Source: Wickerhamiella versatilis
Taxonomy: Eukaryota
Assembly (NCBI GenBank): GCA_030867685.1
Contig: JAQOWU010000008.1
Location: 4,402,001 to 4,466,000 of the forward strand
Reading direction: 5' to 3'
Length of the DNA stretch: 64,000 nt
The translations under genes were made by a program, and so were the position numbers. Below are positions 21,346 to 30,792 of the stretch, piece after piece. The notes under the pieces were generated by a model that ran no database searches, was not told the DNA's origin, and worked only from the letters and a program-made list of their open reading frames with translations. Every line of letters begins with the position of its first letter. Positions within the stretch are counted from its first letter, which is position 1.

Positions 21346-22257
21346 ATGAGTGGAGTGAATACCATCGCAGTACTGGGTACGGGAGTCTTAGGATCCCAAA
21401 TTATTATGCAGGCTGCCTATAACGGAAAATCCGTACATGTCTACGACATTGATCATAAGATTCTAGACAAATTGTCTAGCCGTTGGGAATGGATACAGGG
21501 ACGCTACAAACAGGACTTACCGAACTATACTGACGCAAAGTTCGACGAGGCGATTTCACGCATCACGACGACAACGGATCTACACAGAGCGGTGACGGGT
21601 GTAGATGCTGTCATTGAAGTAGTACCTGAGGATCTCGAATTGAAGAAAAAGGTATGGAGTCAGGTTGGTGCTGCTGTGGGTGATAATACTTTGCTCTTGA
21701 CGAACACGTCCTCCCTGCGTCCGAGTGACTTTGCAAAAGAGACGGGGCATCCTAAACATTTCCTGGCCCTACACTTTGCCAACTTTATCTGGAAATTCAA
21801 CACCGGTGAAATCATGGGCACTCCCAGCACAGAAAAGGCATACTTCGATAAGACCATCGCCTTTGCCAAGGAGATCGCCATCTTGCCAGTCCCTATCCGC
21901 CAAGAAATTCCAGGATACCTTCTCAATAGTCTACTGATGCCATGGCTAAATGCTGCAGCTGATTTATATGTTAAGAAAGCGGCGAACCCTGCGGATGTGG
22001 ACCTCGACTGGAAGAATTCGACTGGCGCACCAAATGGTCCTTTCGAAGTTTTTGATGTCATTGGTTTTAATGTGGTCGCCAATATTTCAAAACAACACCC
22101 TTCAGATAGTCCTGTGCGACGGTTTGCTAATCTATTGGAGGAGAATGGAATTAAGAAGGGCCATGCTGGTCTGGCTGATGGCATTGGTTTCTATCGATAC
22201 GATGAGGACTCAAAACCTATTGGGCCCAACCCGGAATGGGTCCTCTATAAGGATTAG
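21346..22257 (+). CDS. 3-hydroxyacyl-CoA dehydrogenase, bacterial-type
   Basis: VLGTGVLGSQI, EVVPE, TNTSS, LHFAN..W..NTGEIMG, PGYLLNSLL, GPFEVFDVIG. Confidence 0.9.
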   Translation: MSGVNTIAVLGTGVLGSQIIMQAAYNGKSVHVYDIDHKILDKLSSRWEWIQGRYKQDLPNYTDAKFDEAISRITTTTDLHRAVTGVDAVIEVVPEDLELKKKVWSQVGAAVGDNTLLLTNTSSLRPSDFAKETGHPKHFLALHFANFIWKFNTGEIMGTPSTEKAYFDKTIAFAKEIAILPVPIRQEIPGYLLNSLLMPWLNAAADLYVKKAANPADVDLDWKNSTGAPNGPFEVFDVIGFNVVANISKQHPSDSPVRRFANLLEENGIKKGHAGLADGIGFYRYDEDSKPIGPNPEWVLYKD

Positions 22258-22820
22258 TGTGTGGCTTGATCAGGTGAAAGGATGTCATTTGCCTTAGATA
22301 CTTCAGCTAGTGAGTGTTGGCATGCACGCTCGCTTGACATATCTAAGAAAATCAATATATCCCTTAATGTCTCACACTAAATATGCTAAATTGTACATTA
22401 TCTGATTTGACATATATGCAACGACCCTTCACTCTATATAGGAGCGAAGGTCACTAAAACTTGATAGTATTTTGTGTCCCTAGTTTAGCATTGATCTATC
22501 GGTACATGTTTCTATCCTTTTATTGGTCGCTATAGCTGTATGATACATAGTGCAGTGGAATGGTTATCACGTTAACTGAATTGTGTCTCCTTGCTCAGCT
22601 AGTTGGACAACTCACAAGCATAGCTAGGTGACAGGAGGCAAATTGGAGAGGACCACATAGTCTCACAAGCTGAGACTGGTTAGACAATGCTTGAAGTAAG
22701 CAACCCTAGTAGAATTAATATTTATTATCTCCGACCCCCGTATGATTACTTATCATTGTGTGTGTTCTCAATTGGCCTTCACATCGCACAGTATAAGGTG
22801 TACATTTATACCAACTTTCT

Positions 22821-24608
22821 ATGACTGTACCTACAATTGCGGGAAGACCGTTCACGGTCTTGGGAGCCGGTACACTTGGGCGTCGTATTGCGCTCATGTG
22901 GCTTACCCGAGGCCGTCAGGTAAATCTTTACGATACCTCTAACGCTGCCCTCAGCAGCGCAGAGCAATTCATCGGTGACAATCTGATCTCCACGATATCG
23001 ACTGCTGTGCCAGACGGTAAGCCTGGAATGCTTAAGCTTCATTCTGATCTGGGGGCATCCTTGAAGGACAGCTGGATGGTGACTGAGGCAGTTCCCGAGA
23101 TTCAACAATTAAAAATTGATTTGCTCGGGAAAATAAGCACATATATTGATCCTGATACAATTCTTGCAACCAACAGCTCATCGTTTGCAGGTAGAGAGCT
23201 CTACGAAAAGATCCCAGACAGTCGTAAGCCACAGTTCATCAGCACTCACTATTACTTTCCACCAATCACGCGTCTTCTGGAGATTATGGTCAATGATAGA
23301 ACTGACCATGCTCTGCTTGACTTTGTGGCGAAGGAGTCAGAACAGCATGGGTTGCAGCCGTTCAAGATACACAAAGACTCAATAGGTCTGATTGGAAATC
23401 GTATTTGGGCTGCAATAAAGCGTGAGGCAGTCTCTGAGGTGGCTAGTGGCGTAGCATCACCAGCGGAGATTGATCGGCTAATGTCACAGCTCCTGCCAGT
23501 CTTCTCAACCCCTTTAAGATCGATGGACGGAGTAGGCTTAGATACAGTGCGTAACATCGAGAACCATTATCAAACTGTCTATCCTGAGCTGAAACATAAA
23601 TATGGTCAAGTGCTTGATTGCCTAGATAACATGATTGCGGAAGGTAAGCTCGGCAGCAAGGTGAATCAAGGGTTTTATTCATATGTTCCATTAGACAAGC
23701 AACAGCACATCGTCTATCTTGACATCTTTTATGGCCTGGTCCACTACCGCTCACTTGACGGGCGCGAGGATCGAATCATTGCCAAGGATCTCGCTTGTCC
23801 GGATGGGGTACAGGTTGTACCTGACGGATCCATGATCGTCACTTGTATGGGAATACCCGATAGGAACGATGGCTATCTTGTTCGTATTGTGCCAGATGAA
23901 GCCAAGCATAACTGGACGACAGAGGTGATTGTGAGTCCTGGCAGCACCCATACGCCTAAGCAAGTTCAGCTGGATGAAAAAAAGAACCGCATATATTGGT
24001 GTGATCGGGAGGGTGGCGGCATTCAGCGGTGCAATATCGATGGAACCGGCCTTGAAACGCTCTACCGTACAGCTCAAGATATGCCACGTCCACTCACTGA
24101 TCAGACCCAGCAGTGTGTAGGTATTTCCCTGGATAAATCACGAGGACACCTCTACTGGACCCAGAAAGGGCCACCACGTGGTGGACAAGGCCGCATTTTT
24201 CGGATGAATATTGAGCAGCCTGTGGGTTCAGATGTCCATTCGCGTCCGGATGTAGAGATATTATGGGAGAACTTACCGGAACCAATTGATCTTGCCATCA
24301 ACAGCAAATGCGATACACTCTACTGGACCGACCGGGGTGATGGCACCGTGAATTGTGCACCGTTGCCTACCTATGACATTCCGACAGCTACCCCAAAAGG
24401 TCCATCCGACCGTAAAATCGTCGCTCATCACTTCCATCAACCTATTGGTCTAGAGCTTGATGAGTCGAGAGGCCATATGTATGTTTCTGATGCTCAAGGT
24501 GGTATATATCGTCTTAATCTTGATGGGAGTGGCAGGACTGTCCTCCGTGACTCGAAAACCAGTGGATTTACCGGAATCACGTTATCAAAGGGTGATGGTA
24601 CCCCCTGA
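22821..24608 (+). CDS. 3-hydroxyacyl-CoA dehydrogenase fused to a C-terminal YWTD-type six-bladed beta-propeller
   Basis: GAGTLGRRIA, EAVPE, ATNSSS, NRIWAAIKRE, MDGVGLD; then IYWCDREG, LYWTQKG, LYWTDRG, MYVSD repeats. Confidence 0.88.
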   Translation: MTVPTIAGRPFTVLGAGTLGRRIALMWLTRGRQVNLYDTSNAALSSAEQFIGDNLISTISTAVPDGKPGMLKLHSDLGASLKDSWMVTEAVPEIQQLKIDLLGKISTYIDPDTILATNSSSFAGRELYEKIPDSRKPQFISTHYYFPPITRLLEIMVNDRTDHALLDFVAKESEQHGLQPFKIHKDSIGLIGNRIWAAIKREAVSEVASGVASPAEIDRLMSQLLPVFSTPLRSMDGVGLDTVRNIENHYQTVYPELKHKYGQVLDCLDNMIAEGKLGSKVNQGFYSYVPLDKQQHIVYLDIFYGLVHYRSLDGREDRIIAKDLACPDGVQVVPDGSMIVTCMGIPDRNDGYLVRIVPDEAKHNWTTEVIVSPGSTHTPKQVQLDEKKNRIYWCDREGGGIQRCNIDGTGLETLYRTAQDMPRPLTDQTQQCVGISLDKSRGHLYWTQKGPPRGGQGRIFRMNIEQPVGSDVHSRPDVEILWENLPEPIDLAINSKCDTLYWTDRGDGTVNCAPLPTYDIPTATPKGPSDRKIVAHHFHQPIGLELDESRGHMYVSDAQGGIYRLNLDGSGRTVLRDSKTSGFTGITLSKGDGTP

Positions 24609-25049
24609 TTTGCTAACATAGAAAATGTTTTGCATAAAACGCACCTTCGCAACAATATCCGAGGGCATTTAGGATAGCCTGTGTGCAAGTCAGTGAGAAA
24701 GCTCGCGACATACTGGAGCATGGACCCTCTTTAATTGACTATGTAAACCAATTGCGACTTTCTTAATACTGCAGGCATCACCTGTTAGCTGACAAAATAT
24801 TGTAAACGAGACATAAAAAAGCATTCTAAAGGGGAGATATCTTATGCATACTGACATATCTACATTCTACTACTCAGCAAGTCCTAAAATTGGATCTTTT
24901 TATTTCTTTGACCTGAAGAGTGAATCTATGAATAATATAGTAGAAAACTAACTAATATGTTTTGTTTTAGGGGGACGATATGACCTAACCATGGACAAGT
25001 AACACCTAAGTTAGTTCTATAACGACTGCAATAATAACATCATACCCTA

Positions 25050-26336
25050 CTAGAGCTTAGAGATCGTCCTCCTTGCCAATTGGGCTATGTGGACTTCGTC
25101 AGGACCATCGGCAATTCGTAAAGTACGGATCGACGTGTATAATCCTGCCAAAATAGTGTCTTGGGAAACACCCTCACCACCATGTATTTGAATTGCATGA
25201 TCAATGATGCGAAGAGCCATGATTGGAATACGAATCTTGGCCATGGCAATCAGTTCAAGGGCAGCCTTGGGTCCCTTTTGGTCCATTTCATGGGCAGCAG
25301 CCAGCACCAATAGCCTGGCAGAGGTGATATCTATTCGATCCTCAGCAATCCAGGAGGCTATGACTCCTTGCTCGGAAAGCTTCTTGCCAAAGGTTACACG
25401 CGAACGAGAACGTGCGACCCCAAGCTGAAGGGCCTCCTCGGCCGCACCTAATGTCCGCATGCAATGGTGGATTCTTCCCGGACCTAAACGACCCTGCATT
25501 ATTTCGAATCCACGGCCTTCGTCCCACACAACATTCTCCAGTGGTACCTGGACATTGGTAAATCGCACCTCCATGTGACCATGTGGAGCGTCGTCATAGC
25601 CAAATACGGTCAGGGGACGGACTACCTCGACTCCAGGCGTATCCCTAGGCACTATAATGATGCTTTGTTGGCGATAAGGTGTTGCGTTGGGGCTCGTATT
25701 TCCCATAACCAACAGCAGTTTGCATCGGGGGTCGCCTGCACCGGACGACCACCATTTGGTTCCACTGATAACCCAATTCTTGCCCTCACGGGTGATACTC
25801 ATCCCTCTACCAATATTTCTTGCGTCAGAAGAGGCTATTCCTTTCTCTGTCATGCAGAATGCGGACCGAATATCTCCGGATAGAAGCGGCTCCAGCCACT
25901 CCTTCTTCTGTTTGGTATTGGCATACTTTGCCAGCACCTCCATATTTCCCGTATCAGGAGCAGAGCAATTAAATACCTCCGCCCCCATATGACTGACCCG
26001 GCCCATTTGTTCGGCCATTAAGGCGTACTCTAAATTTGTCAAGCCGGCACCCTCACGGTAGTTTTTTGGAAGGAACAAATTCCACAGTCCCTTAGCCTTG
26101 GCCTTTTCTTGAAGGGTATGGATCACTGAGGGGTATACGGTCCATCGACTACCTGTGGCTTTGGCAGCCTCATCAACCTGCTTCTCGAAAATGGGCAACG
26201 CGGGTTTCACATCCTTTTCAATGAACTCCCGAACCGCATAGATTTTTTCTCGGGCCGCAGGCGAAATCAGGGGATCCACAAGGCTAGGAATATCGAATGG
26301 TAGTGCCTTATCGCCTTGACTTGTTACTCCGGGCAT
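25050..26336 (-). CDS. Peroxisomal acyl-CoA dehydrogenase (ACAD10/ACAD11/IBR3-type)
   Basis: GLWNLFLP, FNCSAPDTGNMEVL, KWWSSGAGDPRC, DDAPHGH, QGRLGPGRIHHCMR, RIADGPDEVH; C-terminal SKL (PTS1). Confidence 0.95.
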   Translation of the reverse strand: MPGVTSQGDKALPFDIPSLVDPLISPAAREKIYAVREFIEKDVKPALPIFEKQVDEAAKATGSRWTVYPSVIHTLQEKAKAKGLWNLFLPKNYREGAGLTNLEYALMAEQMGRVSHMGAEVFNCSAPDTGNMEVLAKYANTKQKKEWLEPLLSGDIRSAFCMTEKGIASSDARNIGRGMSITREGKNWVISGTKWWSSGAGDPRCKLLLVMGNTSPNATPYRQQSIIIVPRDTPGVEVVRPLTVFGYDDAPHGHMEVRFTNVQVPLENVVWDEGRGFEIMQGRLGPGRIHHCMRTLGAAEEALQLGVARSRSRVTFGKKLSEQGVIASWIAEDRIDITSARLLVLAAAHEMDQKGPKAALELIAMAKIRIPIMALRIIDHAIQIHGGEGVSQDTILAGLYTSIRTLRIADGPDEVHIAQLARRTISKL

Positions 26337-26639
26337 CTGTGTTTGATTTAATTGCGGGGAGAGCTTCGTAATCAGCTTTTGATCTTCAACCAGACAAATT
26401 TGAATCCTAAAACCATCTGATTATCAAATGCTTAATTGGACAATTTTAGCCGCATTCCAGTTTAGGGAATCATAAGTCAGTGCGGGGGAGGGGTCGACAT
26501 GAGCCAATGCCCTGTTGGCTCGGTGGATCCTTGGGATTATGCGAATGTCTTGCGTTAGCTATCTTATTTTATGGCCTGTGGGTGAGCCACGTTTGATCAT
26601 TAATATTTTAAGTTGCCTGTAATGGTAGGTCTTATATAT

Positions 26640-27731
26640 TCAAAGCTTCACTTGAAGCTCCTTGGTAGCATTGTAGGCTAAATTCCCGAATGTGGGGTAA
26701 AGTTTTCCAAATTCTCCCGCCTGGGCGCTTGATGCTTGGCCCCGTTTTGACCGTGCAGCCACACCTTGAAGAATCACTGCGAGTCTCAGATGCGTATAAG
26801 CCATACCAAACTTCCAATCAGATCTAGGATCATAGACGCCCTGCGAGGCGTAGTATGCGAGTGCCTGGCTGAGTGTCAACGCCCCATTTTCACCTGGATG
26901 TACCTCGAGCATACCCCCCAATTGGATCCCTAGTTGGGCAACATCGAATGGCTGCAGCAAGTTGCCAACATCAGCCAGTGGGTGACCGATGGTGCAGAGT
27001 TCAAAATCAAGCAGGCCAATGATCCGGTTTTCGGTAGGATGATATACGAGATTATCAATTTTATAATCGCCATGCACTATGCAAACTGGTGTATTGCCTG
27101 GCATGTGGGCATTAAGCCAGTCAACAGTCTCCTTAAAGTGAGGAATTGCTTGGATATCCGATCCTTTGGCCTGGGCCTCGGATATCTTAGTTAGCGTTCG
27201 CATCTGACGGGGAAAATGGCTGCCTCCATTGACATTGAATATGTTTGGTGGCAGATTCAACTTCTTTACGTCGAGCGAGTGGATCGTTGCCAGCGTCTGA
27301 AGGGCCGCCTTCCAAAGGGCAGTACGGTCATCAGGCTTAGTATCGGGACTGAATTGGGGCGAGTGGAAGATACGGCCTTCCATGAATTGCATGATATAGA
27401 AAGGGGTTCCAATTAGGCTGGAATCCTCGCAAAGAAGGTAGGTCTTGGGCACAGGCACTTCGGTTCGTGCCAATGCCTGCATTATATAGTATTCCCGGTC
27501 AATTCGGTGGGAAGAGGGCGACAGAAGCTCTCCAGGAGGCTTTTTTCTCAGCACGTACTTACGCTTGTGGGCATCAATTACCAAATACGAAGGATTGGAC
27601 TGCCCATGGCCAAATTGCTTCAGAGTTAAGGGTGTAGAAAATATGTCGGGTCTCTTCTGTTCCAGATACTTTCCCAGTGACTCGACGTCGATTGGATGCC
27701 TTACCTCCCCGGCAAATGAATCCGTGCTCAT
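26640..27731 (-). CDS. APH/phosphotransferase-family kinase (ACAD10/11 N-terminal-domain-like), probably peroxisomal
   Basis: QFGHGQSNPSY, VLRKKPPG, HRIDREY, IGTPFYIM, HGDYKIDN, LDFELCTIGHPLAD, GQASS; ends in VKL (PTS1-like). First ATG at 27731. Confidence 0.92.
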   Translation of the reverse strand: MSTDSFAGEVRHPIDVESLGKYLEQKRPDIFSTPLTLKQFGHGQSNPSYLVIDAHKRKYVLRKKPPGELLSPSSHRIDREYYIMQALARTEVPVPKTYLLCEDSSLIGTPFYIMQFMEGRIFHSPQFSPDTKPDDRTALWKAALQTLATIHSLDVKKLNLPPNIFNVNGGSHFPRQMRTLTKISEAQAKGSDIQAIPHFKETVDWLNAHMPGNTPVCIVHGDYKIDNLVYHPTENRIIGLLDFELCTIGHPLADVGNLLQPFDVAQLGIQLGGMLEVHPGENGALTLSQALAYYASQGVYDPRSDWKFGMAYTHLRLAVILQGVAARSKRGQASSAQAGEFGKLYPTFGNLAYNATKELQVKL

Positions 27732-28356
27732 CACTACCAGTCTTCGTCTCGACGCTTCGTAATCCTGCGGGGTATACCCCCCTAGTTTTAACTTTAGTTA
27801 TATAATATTGACATATGTCTTACAAATGGGTCTTGCGACGGCGTTCAGGGTGACTTTCACCCTTGACTTTTGCATTTGATTCCATTTTTTTGGCTATATG
27901 CTTTTGCAATTCACTAAAAAATATTTCAAAACTCACATACATGTTCCACAGTCATAGGTAGCAATGAATGATCAACGTCGCGATGGTAGACTGAGCCGAA
28001 CCACGCTGGCCCTACAACGAATTAGCCGTTTCCAGCCTACGTCTTCATACAGCACTGCTGGTTTGTCATAGCCAACCGGGATTAATTAAGCTGTGTTGTA
28101 TCTCTTAAACCCTTATCCAGTATTTTTGGGTCCTACCAAGACCCTAGGTGAGTATCTCTTCTCTTACCGAGGTAGGATCCTAAGGGTCACAGTTTGCTCT
28201 CCCCAAACGTAAAAACAGCATCGTTATCTTCCAAAGTCTGTCTGATAACGGGAAAGTGTGGTCCAAGCATATCCTGACCAACCCTACTCACCGATTAAAG
28301 AAGTGGGGAACTATATAATACGGGTAAGGGTACCTCACCATCCTAGCAAATTCACA

Positions 28357-29217
28357 ATGTCTGTTACGGTTATTGGTAGTGGAATCATGGGGACAGGGAT
28401 TGCCTACGTCTGTGCACTCAACGGAGGCATTCCGGTGACCCTGGTAGATACCAGCGAGAAGCAGCTGGAGAACGCAAAAAAGTATACCAAAAAGACCCTG
28501 CAAGAGGCCGTTTCTCGGAAGAAAGTGACTGATACCAGCGCTGAGGAAGCATTCAATCGCATAAAATTCACTACAGATCTCGATGGAGCCGTTAGAGATG
28601 TGGATTTCGTTATCGAGGCCGTTCCTGAACGGCTAGACCTTAAAAAAAGTATTTTCCAGCGGGTGGAGAAGACTGCTAAGAAATCTACGATACTGGCCAC
28701 TAATACATCGAGTATCAGCATCACTAAAATTGCTACGGGTGTCCCTGGGGCCGAGGACCGGGTTATAGGTGTTCATTTCTTCAGCCCGGTCCCCAAGATG
28801 AGGGGTGTCGAGATAATTAAAGGTCTATTGACAAGTGAGGACACTTACACAAAGTCGGTGGAGCTCGTGAAGAAGTTCAAAAAGTCAGTGAGTACCGTTA
28901 TTGATTCTCCTGGATTTTTAGTGAACAGGATTCTCTCGCCCTACCTCTCACAGGCTATTCAACTGTATGAAAATGGCTACGCAACTGCTGAGGATATCGA
29001 TAGAATAATGGTGGATGCGACAGGAATGCCAATGGGACCCCTTCGTCTTGCTGATTTTATTGGCTTGGATACGTTGCTCAGCGTGGACTCCGTGTTGAGA
29101 GAGACCCTTGGCGAGATTGGATATCCAAAGTCGGTGCTTATGCAAAAGCTTGTTGATGCAGGACATCTTGGCATAAAGACTGGGAAGGGTTTCCATACAT
29201 ACAAGTCCAAGCTTTGA
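28357..29217 (+). CDS. Peroxisomal 3-hydroxybutyryl/3-hydroxyacyl-CoA dehydrogenase
   Basis: VIGSGIMGTGIA, EAVPE, ATNTSSISIT, HFFSPVP, PGFLVNR, PMGPLRLADFIGLD; C-terminal SKL. First ATG at 28357. Confidence 0.93.
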   Translation: MSVTVIGSGIMGTGIAYVCALNGGIPVTLVDTSEKQLENAKKYTKKTLQEAVSRKKVTDTSAEEAFNRIKFTTDLDGAVRDVDFVIEAVPERLDLKKSIFQRVEKTAKKSTILATNTSSISITKIATGVPGAEDRVIGVHFFSPVPKMRGVEIIKGLLTSEDTYTKSVELVKKFKKSVSTVIDSPGFLVNRILSPYLSQAIQLYENGYATAEDIDRIMVDATGMPMGPLRLADFIGLDTLLSVDSVLRETLGEIGYPKSVLMQKLVDAGHLGIKTGKGFHTYKSKL

Positions 29218-30213
29218 AGTGTGTCGGCCCTCGTTTTCACCTGGATACCAGATGCCGTAGCCACTTCACTACCAGTGGACCACTAAGCAATTATTACTGT
29301 AGGAGAAGGTGGAACACAAATGCATTTTTTGTTCGTAAAGTGCTTTAAATTTTAGTCTTTTATATTCAATGTGCTTTACATTTTGTGCGCACCATGTCTA
29401 ACCTTGGCTGAATAGCTATTTCTTGACGCATAACGATATGAGTATGGCAAGGTATATTGAAACACCAAAATGCAGCCACCTACTTTTTTTTGTGCTGATA
29501 TATTTTAGCTCATACATACATAATAGATCCAATGATTATAACTCGAGCCGATTTGGCCAAGTATAATGGTGCGCTGTACTAGTCTCCAGCTGGAGGACCC
29601 AGTAATTGGTGAGAATGATGTAGGGTTAATACCATAGTCGGTAATTCGCGAGTGATAAATAAATCTGGCATTCTTCCACCAGAAAATCTTTCTCATAAGG
29701 CGGTGTGCATAAGTCTACATATTACCTTGGATATTGTTTGAAAAGCCAATCAAATTTAGGGGCGATTTGGATGTAGCTGCTCATTGTGCAGTATCAATCT
29801 AGGATTGATTGGAATATCAAATAGCTCAGATCTTTGAGCCTTAAGCATACATAAACTCTAACTTTGGACTCTCTATCAGAATCATCGACACGTGAGGAGT
29901 GCAGAACTTGCAAATTGAGTAGATAGTAGATATATAAATTTTATGCACGCATAATTCCATATATATTATACTTGGCAATATCAATATCGCCTAACAAAGC
30001 TGTGACAGATCTGTTACTCTTATTTCCATGAACAAACTAGGTGATATTGAAGTTATCTACGGTTTTGATTATCCTTGGATACAGTTCGAACGTTTTCCGA
30101 CTAAGAGCGCTAAATGGACATCAGAGCATTTTAGGTATAATCCAACCAGTCTCAGGTAGTGAAGAATTCACAGTGATGGCTAGTCTCCCCGGGTAACCCT
30201 CGCTAACCCACCG

Positions 30214-30792
30214 CTAATATGCACACTTCGCGTTTTCGAAAGCAGTTGTGTTGGGCTTGAGAGAAATTATAAGTTGAACACAGGGTATGTCTCCGGCATT
30301 TCGTGTGATATGACCGACACGGGTATCGTTTCCACGAGGACGGGCGTCAGTTTCTGCATTAAACTGCATCTCGCCAGCACCCTGTCTGATAATATTTCCA
30401 TCTGTTGTTTCAACAGACCATGCGCCAGAGAGAATAACGATCCATTGAGGACTTGGTGCATGATGCCAAGAGCCGACATAGCCAACAGGAAGAATCCCAT
30501 AGGTGATATGGTCAACTTCATCAGGTGACACGCCCACCCACTCTGGCGTGGCTGGCGGAGCAAATGTTTGCAAAGCAAGACCTTCAAACTCACAGTTAAC
30601 GATGTGAGTGGCGCCAGATTCATCCGCCCAGACGTTTGCATAGGCAATCTGCGGCTGTATCTGTCCTTTGGACACTGTTGTATGGTTCTCTATTTCAACT
30701 GCATACGCCGTACCATTTCCTGTAATGGCTGCACCTGATGTAAACTGCAGTAGAGATATCAAAGAGACAATAATATTGTTAGCAACACGCAT
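30214..30792 (-). CDS. Secreted cupin-domain protein, bacterial-type
   Basis: Signal peptide; VWADESGATH, LPVGYVGSWHHAPSPQWIVILSGAWSVETTDG (cupin motif 1), GHITRNAGD (motif 2). Confidence 0.78.
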   Translation of the reverse strand: MRVANNIIVSLISLLQFTSGAAITGNGTAYAVEIENHTTVSKGQIQPQIAYANVWADESGATHIVNCEFEGLALQTFAPPATPEWVGVSPDEVDHITYGILPVGYVGSWHHAPSPQWIVILSGAWSVETTDGNIIRQGAGEMQFNAETDARPRGNDTRVGHITRNAGDIPCVQLIISLKPNTTAFENAKCAY

